Shown: positions 9,641 through 19,539, numbered from the stretch's first letter. The stretch: DNA of 64,000 nucleotides from Hormoscilla sp. (GCA_051439505.1 JBFRWI010000158.1:1-64000); one strand, 5' to 3'. Notes: generated by a model from the letters alone, not told the origin. Numbers and translations are program-made.

Positions 9641-10600
9641 ATGACCTCATTATCTCCCAATGTCAAAAACTTTGATGCTTCCGAGTATTTAGCTGCTTAT
9701 CAGAATAAACGAGTGCGAAGACCGATTTATCTTAATTTTAATGAAAATACCTGCCCTCTAGAAGCTGATTGCCAGGAGTCGGTACTGTCAAGTGGCTTTA
9801 GAGCGTTTGCCAGACTGGCGTTGCAGATGAAGGTGAAAGACTTTTTAGCCCTTGGCACAGGTAACGGACTAGATGCCTTAGGTGCAATTGAAATATTTGA
9901 CCTAGATTCAGTCACTATTACAGATGTGCTGCCAGAAATTGTTGCTGCTGCACGAGAGAATATAGAGTTGAATCTAGAGCCGGGAACTAAAGTAAAAATC
10001 TACGATTATGTCGGTAGTTTGCTTTCCTGTATTCCAGCGGAACAGAAATTTTCCCTGATATACGAGAACCTTCCTGTACTGCAAAAGCCGCAAGACGTAG
10101 ATTTGAAAGAGGGAATAAATTCAACAATATTCTTCGATAGGGAACAGGAGGAAGTGCCGGAGATTTTAGACAGTTACTTGCTTGGTTCTCACTATCTTTG
10201 CTTACAGCAAGCTTATGAACGATTGTATCCAGGAGGAGGCGTCATAACCGGAATTAGCGGACGGGTGCCACTGGAAATAGTCTTCAATTTACATCAAACT
10301 TGTGGTTATACTCCCGAACTAATAGTATTTGATGTAAAAATTCAGAGTGCGCCGGAAACAATTTTGCCTGGATACTCTCAGGTAGAAGAAGAGAAAAACA
10401 TAGAATTTAAATACTATGCCACTGAGGCGATCGCCATTGTAGAAGCAGCTCGAAGTGAAGGATTAGAAGGACAAGAAATACTTAACGCCGTACAATCTGA
10501 TATCGATCGCTATGCTATGTCAGCAAAGGAAGCTTGGCATCAAGTCGGCAAAGGCAAAAAAATTGCCCAAGGTGAGTGGATGGTTTTTGGCAAGCGTTAA
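9641..10600 (+). CDS. Class I SAM-dependent methyltransferase, resembling methionine S-methyltransferase (MmtN / plant MMT N-terminal domain)
   Basis: Motif I LGTGNG, acidic end of beta2 (ITDV), IYENLP, GGGVITGISGR, C-terminal SAKEAW..GKKI; start set at ATG 9641 because ATG 9578 lies in a MITE end. Confidence 0.75.
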   Translation: MTSLSPNVKNFDASEYLAAYQNKRVRRPIYLNFNENTCPLEADCQESVLSSGFRAFARLALQMKVKDFLALGTGNGLDALGAIEIFDLDSVTITDVLPEIVAAARENIELNLEPGTKVKIYDYVGSLLSCIPAEQKFSLIYENLPVLQKPQDVDLKEGINSTIFFDREQEEVPEILDSYLLGSHYLCLQQAYERLYPGGGVITGISGRVPLEIVFNLHQTCGYTPELIVFDVKIQSAPETILPGYSQVEEEKNIEFKYYATEAIAIVEAARSEGLEGQEILNAVQSDIDRYAMSAKEAWHQVGKGKKIAQGEWMVFGKR

Positions 10601-10692
10601 AAAAAGCGTTTGTACTTCTTCTATTTCTTGCGCCTAAAAGCTGTCGGATGCTCATCAGGAAGTGCGATAATCTACCAACAGGATAAAAGTTA

Positions 10693-11736
10693 ATGGTTCC
10701 AGAGTTTTTTCGCCCTCAAATAAACCATAATCCTCTGTTTCCCAATCCGACCCTTTTGGATGTTACATTACGGGATGGAAGTTATGCCGTTAACTTTCAA
10801 TGGCAGGAGTCTTCAATTAGGTGTATTGTTCGCGCTCTAGTCCAGGCAGGTTTTTCTTTCATAGAACTTGGTTATTATGGAGGAATGTCAGATTTACAAA
10901 AAATCCATGGTATCGATTCACCAGGGATTACAAGTGATTTTCCCTTAAGTCTGGCTCAAGAATTAACCTCGGAATATCCAGATGTCAATTTTGCACTGAT
11001 GATCCATCCCACAGGGCTGAATAAAAAACCTGATTTTGAAAAAATTAAACAAGCAGGAATTTCTTTATTGCGGTTTGTTTATTTACCGAAATGGTGGGAG
11101 CAGTTGGAAAAACACATTCCAGCAGCCAAAGCAGCCGGTCTATCGATTTCAATCAATCTTGTTTGTTCCTCAAGATATAGCCAAGACGAACTTGAGGCCA
11201 ACTGTGACAAACTGGTTAAAAAACTATCTCCAAACCTGATTTACTTAGCCGATACTTGTTCGGCTTTCTATCCCAGCCAACTGAAAGCTATTTATAGTCA
11301 TCTCAGGTCAATCATTGAGGTTACCCTAGGATTTCATGCCCATGATTTTCTTTCACTAGCATTTGCTAACTCCTTAGCAGCAGCTGAGTCAGGAGCAACA
11401 TATATAGACTCTTCCATCTTAGGCATTGGGCGGAGTGCAGGCAATCTCCGTTCAGAATTATGGTGTCTTTCTGCTAGGGCCCAAGGCGATGGAGAATATC
11501 ATTTAGAACCATTACTAACAGCAATTGCAGAGATCGGTAAATACAAGAGCATTCCTCAAGCAGAAGATCTGCTATCTCAAACTGTTGGGGCTTATAATTT
11601 AATTCCCCCTGAAGATGAACTCTTACATAAAATTGCCCAAGAGCGAGGGTTGACAAAGAGTTTAGCTGCTTCGAGGTTTACCCAAAATTGGAGTAAAATT
11701 CAAGAAAACTTTCATTCGCTTCACGAATTACTATAA
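10693..11736 (+). CDS. DRE-TIM metallolyase (4-hydroxy-2-oxovalerate aldolase / HMG-CoA lyase-like)
   Basis: LLDVTLRDG, IELGY, YLADT, GFHAHD metal motif, GIGRSAGN. Confidence 0.85.
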   Translation: MVPEFFRPQINHNPLFPNPTLLDVTLRDGSYAVNFQWQESSIRCIVRALVQAGFSFIELGYYGGMSDLQKIHGIDSPGITSDFPLSLAQELTSEYPDVNFALMIHPTGLNKKPDFEKIKQAGISLLRFVYLPKWWEQLEKHIPAAKAAGLSISINLVCSSRYSQDELEANCDKLVKKLSPNLIYLADTCSAFYPSQLKAIYSHLRSIIEVTLGFHAHDFLSLAFANSLAAAESGATYIDSSILGIGRSAGNLRSELWCLSARAQGDGEYHLEPLLTAIAEIGKYKSIPQAEDLLSQTVGAYNLIPPEDELLHKIAQERGLTKSLAASRFTQNWSKIQENFHSLHELL

Positions 11737-11744
11737 ATTGTCAG

Positions 11745-13232
11745 ATGGAAATTAAACAAGTTGGCATCATTGGTGCAGGAATAAGTGGCTTAGTCACAGC
11801 AAAAACCTTCCTAGAAGAGGGTTACCAAGTTACAGTATTTGAGAAGCAAAAGGGACTTGGTGGGGTTTGGGAAAAGTCACGGACTTACCCAGAACTGGCG
11901 ACCCAAACCCCCGGTAATATCTACTCTTTTTCCGACTATCCCATGCCCCAATCTTACCCGCTGCGACCAACGGCGGAACATATAAGGGATTACTTAAAAT
12001 CCTACGCTCAGCACTTTGGTGTTTTAGATAGAATTAAGTATGGGGCTAATGTAATTAAAGTTGAAAAACGGACTGACAATCAACCAGGATGGGAAGTTAA
12101 CGTCAGGTTTCAGGATGAAAATGAGGGACAAATCAAAGATGTAAAGTACTTCTTTGATTTTATAGTCGTCTGTAACGGTGTATTCAGTACGCCCAAAATG
12201 CCTACTTTACCCGGTGTGGAAGAATTTAAGGCTAATGGTGGAGTAGTGTTGCATTCCACCGAATTCAACGATGCTTCTGTGATTTCGGGTAAGCGCGTCG
12301 CCGTCGTAGGTTTTGGCAATTCCTCTGCTGATATCGCCGCCTATGCTGTGGGTAAAGCGCAAGAATGTACTCTCATTTTCCGTAAAACCACGTGGAAGTT
12401 ACCTGAGTATATTTTAGGTTTGTTCCACGTCCAGTATATTGTATTATCCCGTTTTTCTCAATTTGTTCATGGGGCTGAAAGTCAACTGTATCAGAGAACA
12501 AAGCCTTTATCGCGGGCTTTATCGTGGGCTTTTTGGCGGCTATTAGAAATTTGTCTCCGCCTCCAATTCCGTATTGATAGTTGTGGAATGCGTCCCGAAC
12601 AAGCCATTGATAAATTAGTTAACTGTCGTTTATATATCAGGCTATCTAGTGTAGACTTCTACAAATACATCCGCTCAGGCAAACTCAAAACTCAGAAGAC
12701 GGAAATTGAACGATTCGTTCCGGGTGGTGTAAAACTGGCAAATGGCGAAAGTTTGCAGGCAGATGTGGTGATTTTCGGGACGGGATTTCGTAAAGACATT
12801 CCTTTTCTTTCACCGGAGTACCGCCAAAAGATACTTGATGACCGGGGACTTGTTTTAATGTACCGCAACATGATACATCCTGACATTCCTCGGATGGGTT
12901 TTAATGGCTACAACGGCGGCATATTTGGTTCTTTAATGTCAGAGGTGAGCGCCCGTTGGTTAACGGAGTATCTCAAAGGGAATCTGAAAGTCCCCTCGCG
13001 CGAACAGATGCTAGAGACGATTGAAAGTACCTATGATTCGATAGATCCTAACAAATGTACACCTCAGTCAATGTTTAAACCGATCGATCAACTGATGACT
13101 GACTTGGGGGCTAATCCTCATAGATATGGCTGGAATCTAATTGCCGAATATCTATTACCGATTAACCCTTCTGGTTACCATAATCTCCAACAGGAATTGT
13201 TAACTAAAAATTTGCAAATGGAACACAAATAA
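11745..13232 (+). CDS. Class B flavin-containing monooxygenase (FMO-like)
   Basis: FAD motif GAGISG, GGVW, FMO fingerprint F...GG..LHSTEF, NADPH motif VGFGNS, FGTGF. Confidence 0.9.
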   Translation: MEIKQVGIIGAGISGLVTAKTFLEEGYQVTVFEKQKGLGGVWEKSRTYPELATQTPGNIYSFSDYPMPQSYPLRPTAEHIRDYLKSYAQHFGVLDRIKYGANVIKVEKRTDNQPGWEVNVRFQDENEGQIKDVKYFFDFIVVCNGVFSTPKMPTLPGVEEFKANGGVVLHSTEFNDASVISGKRVAVVGFGNSSADIAAYAVGKAQECTLIFRKTTWKLPEYILGLFHVQYIVLSRFSQFVHGAESQLYQRTKPLSRALSWAFWRLLEICLRLQFRIDSCGMRPEQAIDKLVNCRLYIRLSSVDFYKYIRSGKLKTQKTEIERFVPGGVKLANGESLQADVVIFGTGFRKDIPFLSPEYRQKILDDRGLVLMYRNMIHPDIPRMGFNGYNGGIFGSLMSEVSARWLTEYLKGNLKVPSREQMLETIESTYDSIDPNKCTPQSMFKPIDQLMTDLGANPHRYGWNLIAEYLLPINPSGYHNLQQELLTKNLQMEHK

Positions 13233-14095
13233 TGACTCAGCATTTGTTAGATATCGAGAAGAATATACGCTATCTTGAAGCCCACCAACAAGCGTTTAAA
13301 ATCCCAGATATTTATCCTCTGGAACTCTTCAAGCATTTGGTGGAGAAAGCAGGGGGTTACACAATTGAGTGTTCTTGCAAAATTGCCGGAGATCTGCTTT
13401 ATCCTGCTCGCTTTAACCTCTGGTTTCGAGATCTGCAATATTTTCCTAAGGAAATCAACGGGGTTTTGGAGTTCTTCCGAGCAGTGGAAGCAATGGATAG
13501 GGCGAAGTTAGATTATAGTCTCTTCCAGAAATTTTATAGCGATCGCTTTGACTGGAGGAAAGTCAAAAAGATTGCTGCTGGAGTCGATTTGCGCCCAGAA
13601 AAAGCCAATTCTCGGTTAAAAATCTGGTTTATTATTGAGGATTATCCAGAAAAGCTGGAAGCAGCAATATCTCTGCATGGAGAAAGGGAAGATGTGCGCA
13701 CATTGATTGTAAATAACAAGCTGCTCATCGGTTTTGATTTTTTCTTAGATGGTCATAGCACCATCAAACTTTATCCTGAAATTGACTCTCAAGAATGGCA
13801 GCAGGTAGATGTGCAACAGAGGCTGAGGAAAGTTTTGTCACCCCAGGCTCTGCAACTATTAAATGCTTGTGATGAACTGACAGTTGCTTTTAGTAAAGGC
13901 GATCGAGATAAAACATTGCATTTAGATTTACTTGATGCTAATAGCTTTATCAATAAGTTAGGGCATGAAATGGCAAGTAAAGTCCATGCTCATTATCAGG
14001 ATAAACACGTGGAACGTATTCATGTATCGTTGAGCGAACAGGAATTACTCGCGGGGTCAATTGAGAACCTGAATATGTATTACCTGATGCCATAG
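13232..14095 (+). CDS. LynF/TruF/PatF-family (ABBA-fold) prenyltransferase
   Basis: IECSCKI, PARFNL, GVDLR, SRLKIW, IGFDF, KLYP, terminal NMYY and ~290 aa length are hallmarks of cyanobactin F-family prenyltransferases; overlaps the FMO stop (TAATG). Confidence 0.85.
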   Translation: MTQHLLDIEKNIRYLEAHQQAFKIPDIYPLELFKHLVEKAGGYTIECSCKIAGDLLYPARFNLWFRDLQYFPKEINGVLEFFRAVEAMDRAKLDYSLFQKFYSDRFDWRKVKKIAAGVDLRPEKANSRLKIWFIIEDYPEKLEAAISLHGEREDVRTLIVNNKLLIGFDFFLDGHSTIKLYPEIDSQEWQQVDVQQRLRKVLSPQALQLLNACDELTVAFSKGDRDKTLHLDLLDANSFINKLGHEMASKVHAHYQDKHVERIHVSLSEQELLAGSIENLNMYYLMP

Positions 14096-14138
14096 TACCG
14101 ATAGTTTATATTACCCGTGTAGCGATCGCCCTTTTGTT

Positions 14139-15266
14139 ATGAATCAATATATCGATAGCATTCTCACCAGTTTTCAAACCAATTTCAAGGGTTATCCCAC
14201 ATCTGTGGCAACAGACCTTTCTAGAACAGACCTCGTAGATTTGTCTATTGGGGAGATTCAGCTTGACCAGCCTAACTGGATTAAAGAGCTAATTTTCATT
14301 AGTATGAAAGAAGCACCGTTAGGTTATGTTGATTCCCAAGGGATGAAAAGCTTACGCTCTGCATACGCCAGTTACCTCTTCAAAGCAGGTCATAGTATTA
14401 ATGAAGAGCAAATAATGATTACATCTGGAGCTAAAGAAGCTTTGTGGATGGCTTTTTTGATTAGCTTGCAGCCAAAGGATACAATCCTTTTACCAAAACC
14501 TGGCTGGTCTCCTTATTATATGTGGGCGCAAGCTTTAGGAGCAGTAATTCGCACCTACGATCCCAGAGATAAAAACGTCGCCGATGTGATTATTAATGAA
14601 ATTTCAAGTTACCAACCTTCTGTTTTAGTTGTGAATTTTCCTAACAATCCCACGGGTGCAGAACTATCTCAGATAGAACTTAATCGAATAGTAGACAGCG
14701 CTCAAGACTCTCAGGTTAAAGTGATATCGGATGAGGTATATCGGGTTTTTGCTAGCACAAAGGAATCAGCAGCTACTATTTTAGGAAGAATCAATTCATC
14801 TCAAAGCCAAAACTTGATCCATGTTGATTCCATGACCAAAATGTTAGGTTTGGGAGGTCTGAGAATTGGTTTTTTTGTTTCTGATGAAAGCACTATAGAG
14901 AAAATACGAAATTTTCGCGCCAGTTATGCTTCTTGCGTTAGTTCAATTGCCCAGTGCGCTTCAGCTTCAATTCTTGAGGATGAGCGTTTAATTAATCATA
15001 TCCAATCTTTAGTTAGGGTGACGAAACAAAATCTTAAATCTACAGTTGACCAACTATTGAAGCATCAGTATCCTGTTGAAAGTTCTGGCGCTGTTTATGT
15101 TTGGGCTAAGTATCAAGACTCAGAAGCTAAAGCGGCTCCTAGCAAAGACATTATTATAAATGGCCGCCATGTAAAAGCCGCCCTTGGTAGTATATTTGGA
15201 GCGCCAGAATATTTCCGTTTGTGTCCTGTAAGACCGCAATATCTACTCAATTCTATTTTCAATTAA
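14139..15266 (+). CDS. PLP-dependent aminotransferase class I/II
   Basis: DLSIGE, GY..SQG...LR, ITSGAKEA, NFPNNPTG, SDEVY, S.TK..GL.GLRIG. Confidence 0.88.
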   Translation: MNQYIDSILTSFQTNFKGYPTSVATDLSRTDLVDLSIGEIQLDQPNWIKELIFISMKEAPLGYVDSQGMKSLRSAYASYLFKAGHSINEEQIMITSGAKEALWMAFLISLQPKDTILLPKPGWSPYYMWAQALGAVIRTYDPRDKNVADVIINEISSYQPSVLVVNFPNNPTGAELSQIELNRIVDSAQDSQVKVISDEVYRVFASTKESAATILGRINSSQSQNLIHVDSMTKMLGLGGLRIGFFVSDESTIEKIRNFRASYASCVSSIAQCASASILEDERLINHIQSLVRVTKQNLKSTVDQLLKHQYPVESSGAVYVWAKYQDSEAKAAPSKDIIINGRHVKAALGSIFGAPEYFRLCPVRPQYLLNSIFN

Positions 15267-15442
15267 CCCATTCAATTAAGCCTGGAATTAGTTAATTTTC
15301 AATAAAAATACTACCACAAGCCTCACAAGCCTAAAAGTCCTGGCGATTTGTCTGGAGGATTAAATGGGGCAAGCAAATTAGCAATTAGCCATAATTTTTG
15401 GTTAATTGCATTGCATAATTGAGATAATTGAGATGCCCTCAA

Positions 15443-16300
15443 CTAACATTCACTTATAGACTTTAAGGCTTTTTCAGTGGCATCAGGCATTAATCTTATA
15501 GCAACTTCCTTGAAAATATTTGAATATAATGTTATTGATTGATAGCAATGAAGAAGTTTAATATCCCTCAATTGAGGAAGGTTTGGTTTTAATTTATTGA
15601 GCTGCTCGATCTTTTCTATCTGACTGATATTTAAGATATTGAAAATAAAAGGGATCGGATAATTATAAGCAGATGGTATATGTGCAATTTTAGTTTTAGT
15701 TTCCTGAATTGCTCGGCTTAAAGCTAATTGATCTTGCTGCTTAAATCTGCTCCATTCTTTATGCCAAGTTTCAAATAAAGTATTGCAATCAGAAGTATTT
15801 CTCCAAAGTATTAATCCACCGTTAAACTGAACAGAATCAGCAGCACAAATTTTTGAGGTATAAGTTCTTTCTACTTGAGCGATATGGCTGGACTGAGAAA
15901 TTGACTGAGAAATTGTAGGATATGGATCGATTGTCATAGCAGTATTGGCAAATTGTAAAAAACTCCAAATTTCATCAATTGGTTTTACAGGTAGAATATC
16001 AGCATCTAAATATAGAGTTTCATCAAACTCTGTGAACGTATTCAAGCGGGTTTTGATCCACCTTGATATCATTACATTACTCTGCCTCTCTTTTTCAGGG
16101 ATAAGAATTGATTGGATGACAATATTAAATTCATACAATTGCTTTTGAAGTTCTGTATTTTTTAGATTTGACAGGATGACGATCGGTAGCTTAGGCGATA
16201 CCTGACGAAGAGCAAAAGCACTGATTACAGCAGATTCTAAATATGACCATGAGTCAACAGCACAATATATTACGCCTTGAGTTAGTGGTTGGGTTTTCAT
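15443..16300 (-). CDS. GT-A nucleotide-diphospho-sugar transferase (GT8-like)
   Basis: GVIYCA, K..L, TLYLDAD DxD, FNGG, DQ.AL, YN, H motifs. Confidence 0.8.
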   Translation of the reverse strand: MKTQPLTQGVIYCAVDSWSYLESAVISAFALRQVSPKLPIVILSNLKNTELQKQLYEFNIVIQSILIPEKERQSNVMISRWIKTRLNTFTEFDETLYLDADILPVKPIDEIWSFLQFANTAMTIDPYPTISQSISQSSHIAQVERTYTSKICAADSVQFNGGLILWRNTSDCNTLFETWHKEWSRFKQQDQLALSRAIQETKTKIAHIPSAYNYPIPFIFNILNISQIEKIEQLNKLKPNLPQLRDIKLLHCYQSITLYSNIFKEVAIRLMPDATEKALKSISEC

Positions 16301-16427
16301 GAGACGTCAGGTTTGACTATAAACAACAGCCGAAAATAGGTAAAATTGATATTACATTGATTAAAATTATAGGGTTATATTCCGGAGATGACAAATGTTA
16401 ATTCAACCAGTTTCCTAAACTCTGTTA

Positions 16428-17036
16428 TTAATTTGCGTTTCTACTTTGACTCATCACATCTAACTGCGATTCATTGGCTAGATTTTTATGGGGAAATGGT
16501 TGGTCAGGGATAGAACATTTTAGAAAAGAACATAAATGTTCCCATCCATCCCCACCAGTAATATTCATAATTAGTAAATCTTCAGGTCTATGGGCAAAGT
16601 AATTTTGTACGTGCTGCACATGTCTGTGATATGCTTCTTGAAAAAAAACCGCGTCATAAACTAACGTGCCAAAGATTTTTAGCCTATGATTATGAATAAT
16701 TTCTCTGAATTTTGGTGAAAATTCGTCTAGATTGATTCTCTGCTCAAAGTGGTACTTACAGGACTGTAACCACTGGTTTAACTCTCTCACCGTTAAGATG
16801 AACTTAGAGCCAGGATAGAACCGATCTAATTCTTCAAAACAACAGGCAACGGAGATATCCATAGCTGCATCATAACGATCGATTTCTTCCCATGTTACAG
16901 GGTAATGCACGCTAGCGTATCCCAGAATATCCAGGGCAGCGTGTAAGCTAGTTGTTCCAGTCCTAGATAACCCAATACCAAAAATCTTTGTAGTCATAGA
17001 GTCTTTGATAAAATTACTCAATAATAATTGTATCAT
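16428..17036 (-). CDS. Sulfotransferase family protein (Sulfotransfer_4 type)
   Basis: KIFGIGLSRTGTTSL PAPS loop, SKFILTVR..W.QS, GDGWE.LC.FL, PFP..N; probable start MTTKIF at 16997. Confidence 0.85.
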   Translation of the reverse strand: MIQLLLSNFIKDSMTTKIFGIGLSRTGTTSLHAALDILGYASVHYPVTWEEIDRYDAAMDISVACCFEELDRFYPGSKFILTVRELNQWLQSCKYHFEQRINLDEFSPKFREIIHNHRLKIFGTLVYDAVFFQEAYHRHVQHVQNYFAHRPEDLLIMNITGGDGWEHLCSFLKCSIPDQPFPHKNLANESQLDVMSQSRNAN

Positions 17037-17113
17037 AGGTTGCCAGGATTTAATCTTATGATCGCCAAATAGGCAGTTTAGATGTTTAGATGTTTAGATG
17101 CGCGACAACTTAT

Positions 17114-17249
17114 CAGGGCAAACGCATCTAAATTATTAAAGCCTTACTTTACTCAGAAAATCAGAAAAGATTTAACTTATTAAGTAAAAATACTTATAGT
17201 ATGAATCTCATATCCAGTAAACATTTCAAAATAAGATGCGTTTACCCTG
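17114..17249. mobile_element. MITE with CAGGG(C/T)AAACGCATCT terminal inverted repeats
   Basis: Left CAGGGCAAACGCATCT, right AGATGCGTTTACCCTG; a similar single end at ~8902. Confidence 0.7.
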
Positions 17250-17318
17250 GACAAATTACTAGATAAGATGAGTTTGCCATGTTAAGATAATCTAGAGCTA
17301 TAATTGAGGTAGAATCAG

Positions 17319-18158
17319 TTGGCAAGAATTAATCAAAAGGTTGGTTTTATCTGTGGCGCTGGTCATTCGGGATCGACGCTTTTGGGGCTGATTTTGGGAA
17401 GTCATCGGGATTGTTTTTATTGTGGAGAGGCTAATAAAACCAGATATTTCCAAGATTTGGATAAACCAAAGAGAAAAAGAACTTGCAAAATTTGCGGTAT
17501 AAACTGTCCGGTTTGGGGGAATTTTGTGGTTAGCGATCGCCTCGATCTCTACGAACAATTATCCCGCAAAACCGGAAAAGCGATCGTTATCGATTCGACC
17601 AAAGAAATCAAGTGGATAACAGAACAGATAACCGCGATAGAAAATACAAATTCTCATATTTTTTTGCTTTTTATGCAAAGAGATGGTCGAGCAGTTATCA
17701 ATTCTTACCTGAGAAAATATCCAGAAAACAATGTAGAGCAAAGAATTAATAGCTGGGTTGAAAAAATCAAGAATACCCAAAAATTCTACGAGCAATTTAG
17801 GGGTAAAAAAAGCAAAGTTAAATATGAAGAATTAGCTAGTAATCCCGCAGAAGTAACCAAAAGGTTGTGCGATTTTTTCGAGATCGAATATCAACCGGAT
17901 ATGCTCGATTATTACCTGCACGAACATCATCCCATTGGCGGTAACAGCGGGACTCAGTTTTTAGTAGCCAAAGCACAAAATAAAAACTTAGATGCCTCTT
18001 TTGTTAAAGTTTCCGAAAATCGCCGGGATTATTACCAGAATCACGGCTTAGAAATTAGCTTAGATTTGCGTTGGCGAGAAGAACTAGACCCTGGAGTAGA
18101 GCGTTTATTTGTGAAAATTGCTGGTAAAATTAATGAAGAATTTAAGTGGGAAGTGTAG
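17319..18158 (+). CDS. Sulfotransferase
   Basis: GAGHSGSTLL 5'-PSB loop, IDSTK, RDGRAV..S 3'-PB, VKYEEL. Confidence 0.85.
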   Translation: MARINQKVGFICGAGHSGSTLLGLILGSHRDCFYCGEANKTRYFQDLDKPKRKRTCKICGINCPVWGNFVVSDRLDLYEQLSRKTGKAIVIDSTKEIKWITEQITAIENTNSHIFLLFMQRDGRAVINSYLRKYPENNVEQRINSWVEKIKNTQKFYEQFRGKKSKVKYEELASNPAEVTKRLCDFFEIEYQPDMLDYYLHEHHPIGGNSGTQFLVAKAQNKNLDASFVKVSENRRDYYQNHGLEISLDLRWREELDPGVERLFVKIAGKINEEFKWEV

Positions 18159-18160
18159 AG

Positions 18161-19534
18161 ATGAAAAAAATAGACTTAGTATTTAGAACTGTCGGAGAAC
18201 GAACCTCGGATGCGGCGCTAGAATTGGCGGTGAAAAATATTCAGCCCCAACAGGTGCATATTATCGAAAATGTTAAACCATTTTCTAAAGCTGTGCAGCA
18301 AATGTTGGCAATAAATTACGATTGTGATTTTGTTGTATTTGCGGATGCTGATTGTTTGATTTTTGAGGATATGGTACCATTTCTCCAGGACAATAACCTT
18401 CCTTATGTAGACTGTTACGTTCTCGATCAATTCCGAGGTCACATCCATTGTGGGGTTCATATTACCAGAATTGATGTAGTGCGAACGATGCAAAAAATAA
18501 AAACTCCCGAAGGCGATCGCCAATACGTGCTGCGACCAGAGTCTAGCACTCGGAATTTAGCCCTACGTCAGCTAAACCAAGGCAAGGCTTTTAAGCATTT
18601 TCAAATCTTTCACGACTTTTTTCAGTATTACCGAGATATTTTTGTGAAATATGTTATCAGGGAACTAAGAGATCGTAAAGGTTATTTGGAAGCTAAATTA
18701 AAAGTTAATCAAGCTGATTGGAAAAAGCAAAGCGAGGATAGGGAGGAACGAGATTTTATTGTGGCTAACTATGCTGTCAACTACAGTCTAAAATTCCTTA
18801 AAGGAAACCCAAAAGAAATTGATAAATTAATTGCCGATTTACCGCAGATTGCGATTCGCGAGTTAGAAAAGTTAAATATTGCCGAAAAAGAAGCATTGAC
18901 TTTACAACAAGTCTTGGAATTATCCGCTAAGATTAATCCGAAAAAATGGCAGCGAAGTAAGCGGATGAAAGTATTTGGGATTGGCTTAAGTCGCACGGGG
19001 ACAAAAAGCTTAACGGTGGCATTAAATATGCTGGGTATCAATGTCGTTCATTATCCAAATGATGAAACAACTATGCAAGAATTGATATCAGGAAATTATG
19101 AGTTTTCCTTATTGAATAGTTGGGATGGCATTACTGATATTACTGTTGCTCCTTATTATGCTCAGTTAGATAAAATTTATCCTGATAGTAAGTTCATTCT
19201 GACGGTGCGGGAAAAAGAATCTTGGCTCAAATCAATGGAAGCACATTGGAGCAAAAAACCTATCTTTGACGATGCACCGGAAGAAAAAAGTAAAATGCAG
19301 TTGAGGAGATTACTACGGAGTGCTGTGTACGGAACTTATCAGTTTAATGCTGACAGATTATCTTATGTTTACGACCTCCACTATAAAAATGTGCTGGAAT
19401 ATTTCCGCGATCGCCCAGACTCTTTATTAGTTATTAATATTTGCCAAGGCGAAGGATGGGAAAAGTTATTTCCCTTCTTTGATTTTCCAGTAGGGTGCAA
19501 CGAACCATTCCCCTACAATAAAAGAAAGATATGA
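18161..19534 (+). CDS. Fusion of a glycosyltransferase-like N-terminal domain and a C-terminal sulfotransferase domain
   Basis: N-terminal VFADAD DxD motif; C-terminal KVFGIGLSRTGTKSL, SKFILTVR, GEGWE, PFP; ATG 3 nt after the upstream stop. Confidence 0.75.
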   Translation: MKKIDLVFRTVGERTSDAALELAVKNIQPQQVHIIENVKPFSKAVQQMLAINYDCDFVVFADADCLIFEDMVPFLQDNNLPYVDCYVLDQFRGHIHCGVHITRIDVVRTMQKIKTPEGDRQYVLRPESSTRNLALRQLNQGKAFKHFQIFHDFFQYYRDIFVKYVIRELRDRKGYLEAKLKVNQADWKKQSEDREERDFIVANYAVNYSLKFLKGNPKEIDKLIADLPQIAIRELEKLNIAEKEALTLQQVLELSAKINPKKWQRSKRMKVFGIGLSRTGTKSLTVALNMLGINVVHYPNDETTMQELISGNYEFSLLNSWDGITDITVAPYYAQLDKIYPDSKFILTVREKESWLKSMEAHWSKKPIFDDAPEEKSKMQLRRLLRSAVYGTYQFNADRLSYVYDLHYKNVLEYFRDRPDSLLVINICQGEGWEKLFPFFDFPVGCNEPFPYNKRKI

Positions 19535-19539
19535 AGATA

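Noticed and set aside
9641..15266. Cyanobactin gene cluster
   Set aside because: No subtilisin-like PatA/PatG, YcaO heterocyclase or precursor peptide with leader and recognition sequences found
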